NCBI GenBank assembly: GCA_040903745.1
Contig: JBBDUV010000047.1
Location: 72,977 to 136,976 of the forward strand
DNA length: 64,000 nt
From: Bacteroidales bacterium
GTDB taxonomy: Bacteria > Bacteroidota > Bacteroidia > Bacteroidales > GCA-2748055
Direction: 5' to 3'
A model generated the notes under the pieces. The model made no database searches. It was not told the origin of the DNA and saw nothing but the letters and a program-made list of their open reading frames with translations. The position numbers and the translations under genes are program-made. Positions 39,593 to 49,507 of this stretch are shown here, in pieces. Every line of letters starts with the position of its first letter. Positions within the stretch are counted from its first letter, which is position 1.

Positions 39593-39623
39593 TCAATATT
39601 TCATCAAACAAAATAACAAGGTT

Positions 39624-41555
39624 ATGGAAGAAACATTACGCGTATTAATTCTTGAAGACAATCCGGCAGATGCAGAACTTGCAAACGAAGAATTGAAGGA
39701 AACGCTGAATAAATACACGGTAAAGGTAGTTGACACGAAAAATGATTTTATTCTGGCTATGGATAATTATAAACCTGACCTTATTATTTCCGACTACCAG
39801 TTGCCTGGTTTTAACGCTTTGTCTGCTTTAAAGATTGCCCGGGAAAAATCACCATTTATTCCTTTTATTATTTATACCGGTGCTATTAAGGAAGAAGCAG
39901 CTGTTGAATGTATGAAGTCTGGTGCGGATGATTATGTTATGAAGGAAAACATGATCCGGCTTCGAACGGCAACCCTGCATGCACTGGAAAATAAAAAAAG
40001 CGAAAAGGAAAAGTATCAGAGCCTGCAATCACTTAAGAAAAGCGAAGAAAAATACCGTTTATTGATAGATAGCTCAATCGATGCCATTTACTTGTTATAT
40101 AACCGGAAATTTGAATTCATTAATAAGGCGTTTGAAAAACTATTTGGTTATACGTATGAAGAAGTGAACCAACCCGGATTCGATTTTACAGAATTGGTAG
40201 CACCGAAAAGCAGGCCTGTGATAGAAGAAAGAGCTAAAAAAATTGCCCGGGGCGAAAAGCCCGGGTCGAAATATGAATTTACAGCGGTTTCAAAAACCGG
40301 CAGGGAAATAGAAGTTGAAGTTAATGAAAGTTATATTGAGTATAATCAAGGAATTGCGACACAAGGCATAGTTCGCAATATAACCGAGCGCAAACAATAT
40401 GAAGAAGAACTGATAAAGGCAAAAGAAAAAGCGGAAGAGTCTGATAAGCTGAAAACCGCCTTTTTGCAGAATATGAGCCATGAAATACGGACACCCATGA
40501 ACGGGATACTTGGCTTTACTTCATTGCTTTTAGAGCCTGATTTAACCAGTGAGAAAAGGTTTAATTTTATCGAAATAATACAAAAATGCGGAGAACGGAT
40601 GTTGAATACCATAAATGACATTATTGAAGTTTCGAAGATAGAGGCCGGATTGGTAAGCATGAATTTGGCCCCAGTCAATGTGAATGCACGCCTTTATGAG
40701 ATAAAAGATTTTTTTACTCCTGAAGCTGAACAAAAAGGGTTACAACTGACCCTTGAAAATATATTGCCCAATGACCATCCTGATATAAGAACCGATAAAA
40801 ATAAACTAGATTCCATTTTGGCAAACCTTGTTAAGAATGCCATTAAATTTACTGACAGTGGAACAGTTAAATTAGGATGTAACTTTCAGGAGCCATTGTT
40901 GGAATTTTACGTAAAAGATACCGGTATTGGAATTCCGGCACATCGCCGTGAGGCTGTCTTTAACCGGTTTGAACAGGCTGATATTGCCGACACAAGGGCA
41001 TTTCAGGGTTCCGGTTTAGGATTGGCCATAGCAAAATCTTATATCGAAAAACTGGGAGGAAAAATATGGCTTGAATCGGAAGAAGGCAAAGGTTCAACAT
41101 TTTATTTTTCGTTGCCTGCTAAAAGCGATATGGAAGAAAAATTAATTTCTGATAAAAAAATATCCGTTCACAACGAAAATGAAAAATCCAAAGTTAAGGG
41201 TTTGAAAATTCTAATCGCCGAAGACGATGAGACATCACGAAAATATCTTTCCCTTTTGGTTAATGATTTTGGCACGGAGATTTTAGAAGCAGAAACAGGT
41301 AATAGAACCATTGAATTATGCCGACAGAATAAAGACATCGATTTAATACTTATGGATATCCGAATGCCCGGTTTGGATGGCTACGAAGCAACCCGCCGGA
41401 TAAGGGAATTTAACAAAGAGATAGTAATTATCGCACAAACCGCTATTGCACTTTCCGGCGCCAGGGAAAAGGCAATAGAGGCAGGTTGTAATGATCATAT
41501 TTCGAAACCAATTAACAAAAACGAATTACTCACAATTATTGAACAGTACGTTTGA
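39624..41555 (+). CDS. Hybrid sensor histidine kinase/response regulator (REC-PAS-HisKA-HATPase-REC)
   Basis: The N-terminal REC reads LEDNPADAEL...ISDYQLPG. A PAS-like region follows. The H-box is MSHEIRTPMNGILGF, and the other motifs are NAIKFT, DTGIGI and GSGLGLAI. The C-terminal REC reads ILMDIRMPGLDG. Confidence 0.85.
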   Translation: MEETLRVLILEDNPADAELANEELKETLNKYTVKVVDTKNDFILAMDNYKPDLIISDYQLPGFNALSALKIAREKSPFIPFIIYTGAIKEEAAVECMKSGADDYVMKENMIRLRTATLHALENKKSEKEKYQSLQSLKKSEEKYRLLIDSSIDAIYLLYNRKFEFINKAFEKLFGYTYEEVNQPGFDFTELVAPKSRPVIEERAKKIARGEKPGSKYEFTAVSKTGREIEVEVNESYIEYNQGIATQGIVRNITERKQYEEELIKAKEKAEESDKLKTAFLQNMSHEIRTPMNGILGFTSLLLEPDLTSEKRFNFIEIIQKCGERMLNTINDIIEVSKIEAGLVSMNLAPVNVNARLYEIKDFFTPEAEQKGLQLTLENILPNDHPDIRTDKNKLDSILANLVKNAIKFTDSGTVKLGCNFQEPLLEFYVKDTGIGIPAHRREAVFNRFEQADIADTRAFQGSGLGLAIAKSYIEKLGGKIWLESEEGKGSTFYFSLPAKSDMEEKLISDKKISVHNENEKSKVKGLKILIAEDDETSRKYLSLLVNDFGTEILEAETGNRTIELCRQNKDIDLILMDIRMPGLDGYEATRRIREFNKEIVIIAQTAIALSGAREKAIEAGCNDHISKPINKNELLTIIEQYV

Positions 41556-41720
41556 AAAAACTTATTTATATTGCCATCACACAGGCGTAAGCACATCCCG
41601 TAAACCGCTCAAAGCCCCGTTAAAATCAAAGTTTACGGGAAGAGCTTCCGCCTCTCCAGCCCAAGTAACCGCCTTTCAGGTCGGTTTTTAGGATTCCCCA
41701 CGCTCAAAAAAAAACAAAAT

Positions 41721-41747
41721 AAACCTGCCCGTCCGGCAGGCGGGTTT
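41721..41747. terminator. GC-rich hairpin between convergent genes (terminator candidate)
   Basis: AAACCTGCCCGTCCGGCAGGCGGGTTT, with stem CCTGCC / GGCAGG or the alternative CCCG / CGGG, is flanked by A-rich and T-rich runs. Confidence 0.4.
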
Positions 41748-41856
41748 GTGCTTTGTGGATAGGTAGGAGCAGATTGACAATGACAAGAAAATATAAGCTA
41801 AATAAATGATAAACAAACGGATATGAATGAACACCAGTTGCCAACGGGAATAATGA

Positions 41857-42270
41857 TTAGATCAGCTCATTTTTATCGAGAAAATCCTGCAGGGTGGTTG
41901 ATTCAAAAAGTTCAGTTACCTGTTTGTTGAGGATACCCCAGAACCCCCTGGCTTCGCACCCATTTTCGCGGTCGCATTTAAAATTCTCATTCATGCAGTC
42001 GATCACACAGATGCCCGGTTCGAATGCGCTGTGGATGTCGAGCACGGTTATATCTTCTGCTGGTCTTGTTAGGACATAGCCGCTTTTTTTGCCTTTTACA
42101 TTGGTGATGAGTCCGGCCACCTTCAGTGCGTGAATGATATGGTCGAGGTATTTATTGGAAAGCTCCTGAGATTTGGCTATATCTTTTTGGAACACCCCAT
42201 TATCAGGTGAATGCTTTGCGATCTCGATCATGGACCTAAGGCCATAGCGTGTACGTGTACTAAATTTCAA
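41857..42270 (-). CDS. Rrf2 family transcriptional regulator (Fe-S cluster type)
   Basis: The N-terminus reads MKFSTRTRYGLRSMIEIA and the HTH reads QKDIAKSQELSNKYLDHIIHALKVAGLI. A Cys cluster lies in the C-terminal third (CVIDC...C...C). Confidence 0.85.
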   Translation of the reverse strand: MKFSTRTRYGLRSMIEIAKHSPDNGVFQKDIAKSQELSNKYLDHIIHALKVAGLITNVKGKKSGYVLTRPAEDITVLDIHSAFEPGICVIDCMNENFKCDRENGCEARGFWGILNKQVTELFESTTLQDFLDKNELI

Positions 42271-42887
42271 AGCTGCGTCAGATTGATATCCGGTTCAACA
42301 GGTAAACTAAATTCAAAGTTAATCATTAGTTCGTCATGTACTTTAATCAGGCCAAAGGTTTTTTCCGGGGGTGACAAATTAAAATCAGTCAGCTTAAGTG
42401 TTTTGCTTCCGCTGACAGATATCCTGCTGTCCATACAACTTGAAACCTCGCAAGGGACCTGGTAATAGCGAGTGACGCCGCTTACGACGACGCCGATCTT
42501 CAATGAATAGACAGAATAGCCATTGAACAGGGTTGTAAATTCCGATTCATTCATAAAGATCTGAATGTAGGGGTATTTCTTTACGTTGATGAGCTGGAGG
42601 AAGTCCCTGTATACAAATTTGTTGGTTGCTTTGAAGTTCCTGACTGGAACCAGAATCATAAAGCCATGTTCTTCCGGAACGGGGATCCATCGTGAGTCGC
42701 CGATCCCGCAGACCAGGTCGCCCGGAACCTCCTGGTGAAGTGCGAAATCATTAATGTTGGTCTCACCGGTAATATGGATGTAATTGTTGCAACTGCTGTG
42801 GTTTGAAGAAAGTGTGGATTGACCAAGAGTCAATCCACACTTAAAGATAAACATCAATAGAATTACATGATGGATTGCACCGTGCAT
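42267..42887 (-). CDS. YceI-like domain protein (secreted); start set at the internal ATG
   Basis: The signal-like N-terminus is MHGAIHHVILLMFIFKCGLTLG. The C-terminal motif KLTDFNLSPP is paralogous to KMKDFNISPP of the YceI protein at 44651-45268. There is a 4-nt overlap with the Rrf2 start. Confidence 0.55.
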   Translation of the reverse strand: MHGAIHHVILLMFIFKCGLTLGQSTLSSNHSSCNNYIHITGETNINDFALHQEVPGDLVCGIGDSRWIPVPEEHGFMILVPVRNFKATNKFVYRDFLQLINVKKYPYIQIFMNESEFTTLFNGYSVYSLKIGVVVSGVTRYYQVPCEVSSCMDSRISVSGSKTLKLTDFNLSPPEKTFGLIKVHDELMINFEFSLPVEPDINLTQL

Positions 42888-42917
42888 CAAATATTCTTCT
42901 GCAACGCCACCGGTCGT

Positions 42918-43010
42918 ACCTTCGATATCCCGAGCAGTTGCATTTCCCGGACCGCTCCTGGCTGCACTTCCTCTTACACCTTCGATCCCCCGGACGGTTG
43001 CATTTCCTGG
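42918..43010. repeat. Two ~33-bp direct repeats, 60 bp apart
   Basis: ACCTTCGATATCCCGAGCAGTTGCATTTCCCGG (42918-42950) and ACCTTCGATCCCCCGGACGGTTGCATTTCCTGG (42978-43010). Confidence 0.8.
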
Positions 43011-43142
43011 AGGGCCTTCAGTTGTAAATGCTCCCGCCGCAGCATCGATTCTGTGATCTTTCGCGCACCCAGAGGGAAAGGGAGGGTCCTTTTTACTGAT
43101 ATATTGTGCAATATCGGGCATTGGTTTTTCTCAGCAATGGGA

Positions 43143-44378
43143 TTAAAAGCTGATGGCGGCTTCGAACATCACACCGTTGAATTCAGCATTCTCCCCATAG
43201 GAGGCAATGAAGTTCTTATAATCCTGGGTCACATAGTCGAGTTTAACCAGGATATTTTCGGTGAGGTTCCATCCTCCCCCGGCTTCGATCCTGCTCACCG
43301 ACATATCGTTGCTGTTGGCAACCGTATTGTATTTCGCACCGGCATAGAATTGTTCTGTCTTTCCGAAGCGGTACAGCCCCTGTACGCCAATCTGGTTGAA
43401 GTTAAACTCCGATCCGTTGAACGGGCTCGTTCCGGCGTTTGTTTCATACGTACCGAAGAATTCAAAACCTTTGAATTTCGTGAAGAGGTTGAACATAAAT
43501 GCGTTTAGCTCATCAGAGAATCCAGGTCCCCATCTTCCTGTTGTATGTCCACTTGCAGGATTGACATCAGCGGAACCATCAGCGGTCTGCCGCTGCATAA
43601 CAAGGTAGAACCGTGATCCTGTTCGGTCGCCGTTATATAGTGATCCGAAGTGGTTGTTGCTGCTGTGGTATCCTGAAACGGTGGCGCGGATCCTGAGATC
43701 ATCATTCAGATGGGTGTCGTATCCGGCTTTCCAGTAGGCTGCCAGTTCCTCGTGGGCGTTGTAGGGGGTGTAATTCCCGGAGAAGGCGCTATAGCCCGCC
43801 AGCGCGGGCTTCAGCGTTCCTGTGGTAATGGCGGCTAAAACGATGATACCGTTGTGGCGGAAGAGCGCTTCGAAGGCTGGGGCGGTGGTGAAGGCATCCA
43901 TGATGTAGTTGCCTGTGAAAGGATTGTTGATCACCCTGCCGTTATCGGAACGGAAGAAGTGGGCATCTCCGTAGTTCAGTTCCATGACCCCGGCTTTCAG
44001 GGTGAGGTAGTCCATGATGTTATCGACAGCTGCGGAGTTAAGGAACGGCAGTTCATCCATCTGGAGGTATCCACCTTTTACCCAAGCTTCTACGTGGTGA
44101 CGCGATGATAGGTAGGTGGTGAGGTTCACTTTGATGCCCTGCGCGAGTTCAGCGTTGATCGCGAAATTAGCGGTGGGAAGGTTGAGTCCCGTTCCCAGAA
44201 GTATCAGCATGGAATCGGCCGAGTGACTAAGTGACTGGTACTGCATGGCGAAGTCGGCACCGAGGGTGACTTTCACCTTTTCGAAATCCTCGTTGTTCAG
44301 AGGTTCCGGTTCGAACGTTTGAGCATAGGAAGTGGCCCCGATGAGCAGGGCGGCAAGAGTTATCATTGCTTTTTTCAT
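43143..44378 (-). CDS. Outer-membrane beta-barrel (porin-like) protein
   Basis: The signal peptide is MKKAMITLAALLIGATSYAQ. The sequence has an alternating beta-strand pattern and ends in a C-terminal Phe (EAAISF). Confidence 0.6.
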   Translation of the reverse strand: MKKAMITLAALLIGATSYAQTFEPEPLNNEDFEKVKVTLGADFAMQYQSLSHSADSMLILLGTGLNLPTANFAINAELAQGIKVNLTTYLSSRHHVEAWVKGGYLQMDELPFLNSAAVDNIMDYLTLKAGVMELNYGDAHFFRSDNGRVINNPFTGNYIMDAFTTAPAFEALFRHNGIIVLAAITTGTLKPALAGYSAFSGNYTPYNAHEELAAYWKAGYDTHLNDDLRIRATVSGYHSSNNHFGSLYNGDRTGSRFYLVMQRQTADGSADVNPASGHTTGRWGPGFSDELNAFMFNLFTKFKGFEFFGTYETNAGTSPFNGSEFNFNQIGVQGLYRFGKTEQFYAGAKYNTVANSNDMSVSRIEAGGGWNLTENILVKLDYVTQDYKNFIASYGENAEFNGVMFEAAISF

Positions 44379-44650
44379 GGTTTGATTTGTTTAAATGAAT
44401 ATATTATGAATAAAAAGGATTTTTAGAGATGACCTGAGGTTTGCGCATGTCGGCTCAATTTGCAATATTCCAAAGTAATTTTTTGGGTTGTCCAGAGATT
44501 CGCGCATACAGGTTCTGTTTTCAAAAAGCCGGATCAGTTTTTTAGAAACGTCATGAGGTTCATTCATGTCTGGCAATTTTTTAACATCCCTGAACAGTTT
44601 TTTGATTATCCCGAGGTTTGCACATTTTGCTTGGTTATCAATAATCCAGA

Positions 44651-45268
44651 TCAGTTTCGGGAAGACTGTCCCACTTCTGCATAGACTGATTCAGGCTGAA
44701 AGTTGACATTGAAGTGCACGGTTACCTCTTCTCCTGTTTTCATGGTGCCCATCATGGCAGTTGGAGGGGAGATATTGAAATCTTTCATATTGATCTTCTC
44801 TTTTCCGGTTACCGAGATGGTAAAGTCTTTTTGAATCACACCGGAGAAAGGAATGGTTACAGGTAACGTTTTTCCGGCGATGGACAGGGTGCCGTGGGCA
44901 GTGCCTGACAGGTTTTTCGCTGTAGCTGACAGATCATTTACAGATTGCAGAGTAAAGGCGATTTTGTTATGCTTATCTGACTTCAGGGCATTGTAGGTCT
45001 TTTTATCCATCAGGGAGTTCTTACTTTTCAGTCCTTCAGAAAGAACTGAAAAGTTAACATTCAGGATCTCATCAATTTTCTGATCCTGCAGATTCACCTT
45101 CATGCTGGCATCCATCTCTGTTGCAGTCATCTCCCAGTCGTGCACAGAAGATGTTCCTTCAATGGTGATGCTGCTGGTTTTCGGGTCCAGTTTGAATGTT
45201 GTCTGTGCCAGGAGTGCCTGGCTGAACAGGAAGATGGACAGGGTTAGGATTAGATATCTTGTTTTCAT
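44651..45268 (-). CDS. YceI family protein
   Basis: A signal peptide precedes the YceI pattern FKLDPKTSSITIEGTSSVHDW...GTLSIAGKTLPVTIPF...DFNISPP. Confidence 0.8.
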   Translation of the reverse strand: MKTRYLILTLSIFLFSQALLAQTTFKLDPKTSSITIEGTSSVHDWEMTATEMDASMKVNLQDQKIDEILNVNFSVLSEGLKSKNSLMDKKTYNALKSDKHNKIAFTLQSVNDLSATAKNLSGTAHGTLSIAGKTLPVTIPFSGVIQKDFTISVTGKEKINMKDFNISPPTAMMGTMKTGEEVTVHFNVNFQPESVYAEVGQSSRN

Positions 45269-45594
45269 GGCTATCGTGTTTTATTTAACAATTTTTTATT
45301 TGAAATCCTGGTTATTCGGTTGGATTAAATAATTTCACACATCTAAAAAATATAAATCCTATAGAATAACTAGTACAAATGTATCAATAGTGATGTTATT
45401 TTACAAACAGTAATATGATATCGAATGATGTATTATAATAATTTGGTGACGAATGATGTGTAAATATGAGTGTAAAGGTCATTAAATGAGGTTTATATAA
45501 TAAAAAATTGTTTATATAGAAACATTTTAAATTACAAAACATTCATGCTTCAGTGATTTTTTTAATTAAGAAGAGGGGTTAATGAACGACTTGT

Positions 45595-45610
45595 TACAGA
45601 CATGTCTGTA
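45595..45610. repeat. Perfect 16-bp palindrome TACAGACATGTCTGTA (REP family A core)
   Basis: Read directly. It shares the ACAGACATG core of the 27.8-kb and 34.9-kb elements. Confidence 0.8.
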
Positions 45611-45702
45611 TCAGAAATGGGACCACATAGATTATTAAGCCCCATCATTGCTTTTTTCCGAAGACCGGGGCCATTCATAATTAATCCAGATTTTTACCGG
45701 AG

Positions 45703-46824
45703 CTATTCGGGGCGAAAGCAGAAGAACCCGGGATTGATGCCGGTAGTAAAGGTATCGACTGGGGTGCCGTCGGGACGGTAGCGGTAGACACGACCCCGGC
45801 TCACCTGGTCGATCGCATCGGCGATATATACCTCGCCGGAGTACGGATCAATACCCAGTCCGTAGAAACCCCCGGAAAGACCGGTCGTAGCTGGTCCTTC
45901 AATAAACAGGTCCGGAGGATCATCGGACAGTACCATCAGTCTGTAGGCATGTCTGTTTAAAAAGTAAAGCGTATCGCCGGTCCCGTTGATCTTCAGTTCC
46001 GAAGGGTGGTCGTTCAGCGGAAAGCGGATCGTCTTTTCGATCTTCCGTGTCCCGGGATCGATCTGCACCAGTGCAGGTTTCTCATTGCCTGCGGGGTTCC
46101 CCTCGAAACCACCGTCACACAACACCCAGAGCCGTTCAAACCGGTCGAGCACCATCGAATTGGGTTGAAGCGGCACTTCGATGGAATCGGTCACCTCGTC
46201 CGTCTCTGTGTCGATCACCAAAATCTTGTTATCGTAGCTCCAGCAGTTGGTAAACACCTCGTTGCCGAACTGCACCATCTGCTCGGTGGAATGCTGATTG
46301 AACCGGGATGTGGGATTGCTTACATCGATGTACCCGGTGATCGCGTATGTCTGCGGGTTCACGATGGTGATCGCCCGGGCGTAGAGGTCGGTGACATAGG
46401 CCTTTTCCGGATCGACAAAGAGAATCTGGCGCGGCGAGGAGAGCCCGGTGATCTTTCCTTCGTACCCGAAGGTGTGGATGTTGATTACATAGATCTTACC
46501 AGAGTTGTTCACCACGATATACCCGAGGCTGTCTCGGATTACCATCGATTGCGCTACATCGCCCAGTGGCACGCCGTTGGTGCGGTAAAAAACATCGTTC
46601 AACAGTTTCATCGAGTCGATCATGTAGTAGGAGAGCGAGGCATTGTCGTACATGAAATTTCCCTCGTTCACAATGAAGAGTCCAGACTGCCGGTTGATGT
46701 GCCCGTTAAGCAGCGTGTCGTACCTCACCTGCAGGTCGTTCATCCCGTACCACGCCTCATCGTCCATGCAGCCGTTGCACAGCAGCAGAAGGGGAGAGAG
46801 CCATATGAGATGTTTCAGGGTCAT
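45703..46824 (-). CDS. Surface lipoprotein with a beta-propeller fold (BtuG-like / YncE-like cell-surface protein)
   Basis: The lipoprotein Cys is followed by an acidic export signal ([12 protein letters not shown]). Repeated blade-like segments are present. The gene lies immediately downstream of the TonB-dependent receptor. Confidence 0.55.
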   Translation of the reverse strand: MTLKHLIWLSPLLLLCNGCMDDEAWYGMNDLQVRYDTLLNGHINRQSGLFIVNEGNFMYDNASLSYYMIDSMKLLNDVFYRTNGVPLGDVAQSMVIRDSLGYIVVNNSGKIYVINIHTFGYEGKITGLSSPRQILFVDPEKAYVTDLYARAITIVNPQTYAITGYIDVSNPTSRFNQHSTEQMVQFGNEVFTNCWSYDNKILVIDTETDEVTDSIEVPLQPNSMVLDRFERLWVLCDGGFEGNPAGNEKPALVQIDPGTRKIEKTIRFPLNDHPSELKINGTGDTLYFLNRHAYRLMVLSDDPPDLFIEGPATTGLSGGFYGLGIDPYSGEVYIADAIDQVSRGRVYRYRPDGTPVDTFTTGINPGFFCFRPE

Positions 46825-46826
46825 GA

Positions 46827-49424
46827 TTAATATTCAAATTTCAGGTGTAGCATGTATGAGCGGCCCGGCATGAAGTGTTGCAGCTCGTTTCTGTAAGTCT
46901 CGTTGAACAGGTTGTCGACCTCCAGTTCCAGGTTGATTTTTTGAGGTGAGCGCCCGGCACCATTTTTACCGGTCCCCACTTCAAACCTCTTACCGATCCG
47001 CATGTTGTTCATGAAATAAGGGTAGAGACTATAAAGCCGTTCGTTTCCTGAAGTGCCGTTCAGCCGCTCGACCCCATTCAGACCTGGCAGTTCTTGCGAA
47101 TCATCTGCCGGTCCGCCGCTATTACCGCTCATCAACTGTCTCGTTCCCATGGCATTGTATTGCCACTGCAGATACCACCCCCTGTTGGTCACCGAAACAA
47201 ATGCATTTCCCGAAACCTTTGGTATAAACGGCAACTGCACTCCCCGGGAATTATTGTCTGGGGAGCTGGCTCCATCCGCCGTTCCCCCGTCTGCCGTTTC
47301 CCCGGCCGATCCTGCTCCCCCACCTGTTATCGTTCCGCTATAATCCCGTGTATTTGTGAGCGCAAAGTTCCCGTGCAGCTGCAGCATTGTTCGCCGCACC
47401 GTCACCTTCACCGCAAGCTGGTATTCTAGTCCGTAGGACCGCACCTCGGCCAGGTTTACCGGTTCCCAGTACCCTTTGAATCCCGGCAGCCAGAGGATCC
47501 AATCGTTGATCCGCGAATAGTACCCTGTAAGCGATGTATTGACGGTCTGCCCCCCTGCCGCTTTTTCCCAGCGCACCGAGGATTCACCCGTGTAGCCCTC
47601 CTCGGGAAGCAGATCGGGGTTTCCACCGGGCTGCCAGTATAGGTCGTTGAGGGTGGGGTGGTGGTAGTTCCGGGCGAAATTCGCCTGCAGCACCAGGTCA
47701 TGCTTTTCCAAAGGACGAAAATTCAGTCCGAATGTATAGATTAGGGGTGACCGGTAATCAGATACGAAATCCTTCCGCATTTGGAGCGAGAGCATCAGCA
47801 GCTCCGTCGCACTGAGGTAGAGTCCGCCGAACAGCGATCCCTCGAGACGGACAGTATCGTAACCGGTATGGGTGGACGAGTCGTACGTGGCGATGCTGTA
47901 CCTGTTGAGCGCGGTTCGCGCATTGGCAGATAAGCGGTCCGAAAAGTTGCGGCTGAGCTCGCCGCTGTTGAGCCAGCTGAACATCCGGCTCTCGGAATCG
48001 ACGTTTATCTGCCGGTGCAGTCCGGGCACCTCTGTCTCCATGGTGTAGCCGAGCCGCTGGTAGTCGACCCCGCTTCGCAGCTGCAACTTCGACTGCTCCC
48101 CGTAATAGCTGTACTCCGTGACATTCCTGATTGTTTGGTCGGCTTGCAGGTTGTCGCGTTGCAATCCACCGGTCTGGTATTCGCTGCTCAGTACCGTGGG
48201 AACGGAACGGTTGGCTGTCTGCAGCCAGGTGCGGTTGGAGATCACGGAGTTGCCGGGGGGAGGATGGGCCGTGGATTTTGTATCGGGGGAGGTCCCGGTG
48301 GCTCCATATCCGGTGGTGGAGGAGGCTAAGGGAATCTGCTGAACGGTGCTTCCTGTCCCGGTGGTGGAGGAGGTGGTGGCTAAAGGGGGTTGCTGAACGG
48401 TGGCTCCATATCCGGTGGTGGAGGAGGCTGGAGAGCTGTGCTTCCCGGTGGGGGGGTGGTCATTGGGATCGGCGGGAGATGAGGTACTGCGAACGTCGGT
48501 GGGGTGATCGGTATAGGTTATACGGCCTGAAGGGTCATCCTTATCCTCGGCGTTACTGCGAACAGAAGATGATCTGCGGCTACCGGACCGTTTGGAGGGT
48601 CGAAAGTAGAACTCCTGACTGATCCCCGATTTGCTATAGGCGGCGTTGCGGTTCTGTTGGGTGGGATGGCAGAGCTCACCGGTGGCGCTATCCTTATCGA
48701 TGATGTTTTTGTTGACGAACGGGTAGTTGTTCTCCGAGCCGGAGGAGTAGAGGCGGGTGGTTGACTGAAACCTCTGGTTGCCGAGGTTGAACCGGGCCAT
48801 GCCACCGGCTGTAATAAAGCTCCCGTACTCGGTGTGGATCTGTCCGCCGGCCCTGTTCGACCAGTCGGGCAGGTTCCTGATTTCAATGTGGCCGCCGAGA
48901 CCGCCGCTCCGCGACTCAACCGATGCTGCGCCGTGGTGGATGTTCAGCTCATCGATGAGAAAGACCGGCACGAGGGAGAAGTCGACCATCCCGAGCATCG
49001 GGGAGTTGATGCTGAGTCCGTTCCAACTCACCTGCGTGTGGGATGGGGCGGTGCCACGGAACGATGCAGTGGCGAGCGCACCCCTGCCGTAGTCGCGGAT
49101 GTATATGTTGGTATTCTCAGCAAGCAGCGTCGAGAGGTCGCTGTGTACCTGGTGCTGCAGGATGAGGGTGTCGATCGTAACCCGCTTCATGCCGGCCTCC
49201 TCTTTCAGGGGCATGGTGGAACGGGTGACCGCCACTTCGCTGATGCTGAAGATTGAATCGGTTATGCCCTGTCCGGTTGCCGGGGGGGTGATATTGGCCG
49301 TCAGGATGATGAGGCAGAGGGCAGGCAGGATCGGGTGACGGACCTCCATCCTGACTGCCCTCTGCCTCATGGAGATGGACTTCATCCAGCGGATAAGGGG
49401 CTGTATATCGGGCCGTCTCTTCAA
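46827..49424 (-). CDS. TonB-dependent receptor, BtuB-like, with large low-complexity loop inserts (start uncertain)
   Basis: Plug motifs are [34 protein letters not shown] beta-barrel follows, and the C-terminus is aromatic (LKFEY). The likely true start is an internal Met (MRQRAV or MEVRHPIL). Confidence 0.85.
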   Translation of the reverse strand: MKRRPDIQPLIRWMKSISMRQRAVRMEVRHPILPALCLIILTANITPPATGQGITDSIFSISEVAVTRSTMPLKEEAGMKRVTIDTLILQHQVHSDLSTLLAENTNIYIRDYGRGALATASFRGTAPSHTQVSWNGLSINSPMLGMVDFSLVPVFLIDELNIHHGAASVESRSGGLGGHIEIRNLPDWSNRAGGQIHTEYGSFITAGGMARFNLGNQRFQSTTRLYSSGSENNYPFVNKNIIDKDSATGELCHPTQQNRNAAYSKSGISQEFYFRPSKRSGSRRSSSVRSNAEDKDDPSGRITYTDHPTDVRSTSSPADPNDHPPTGKHSSPASSTTGYGATVQQPPLATTSSTTGTGSTVQQIPLASSTTGYGATGTSPDTKSTAHPPPGNSVISNRTWLQTANRSVPTVLSSEYQTGGLQRDNLQADQTIRNVTEYSYYGEQSKLQLRSGVDYQRLGYTMETEVPGLHRQINVDSESRMFSWLNSGELSRNFSDRLSANARTALNRYSIATYDSSTHTGYDTVRLEGSLFGGLYLSATELLMLSLQMRKDFVSDYRSPLIYTFGLNFRPLEKHDLVLQANFARNYHHPTLNDLYWQPGGNPDLLPEEGYTGESSVRWEKAAGGQTVNTSLTGYYSRINDWILWLPGFKGYWEPVNLAEVRSYGLEYQLAVKVTVRRTMLQLHGNFALTNTRDYSGTITGGGAGSAGETADGGTADGASSPDNNSRGVQLPFIPKVSGNAFVSVTNRGWYLQWQYNAMGTRQLMSGNSGGPADDSQELPGLNGVERLNGTSGNERLYSLYPYFMNNMRIGKRFEVGTGKNGAGRSPQKINLELEVDNLFNETYRNELQHFMPGRSYMLHLKFEY

Positions 49425-49507
49425 CTTACTGTTTTATCAGATTCTATTTGTTCAACCTATCTTCTGTTCGGAAAATATGCAACGTTCCACAAACATGGAA
49501 CGCTTTC

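Noticed and set aside
41597-41639. 9-bp perfect stem (CCCGTAAAC / GTTTACGGG) with a 25-nt loop after the hybrid kinase gene, as a terminator or island end
   Set aside because: There is no U-tract after the stem and I saw no second copy. I note it as a possible RNA-stabilising hairpin but do not call it a feature.
42888-43121. 78-codon N-terminal extension of the YceI-like ORF
   Set aside because: The extension is made of two 33-bp DNA repeats and has no signal peptide. The internal Met at 42887 is followed by a proper hydrophobic leader.
46006-46830. 274-aa plus-strand ORF antisense to the BtuG-like gene
   Set aside because: It has no recognisable motifs and its composition is biased. The minus-strand product has a lipobox, blade-like repeats and operon context.
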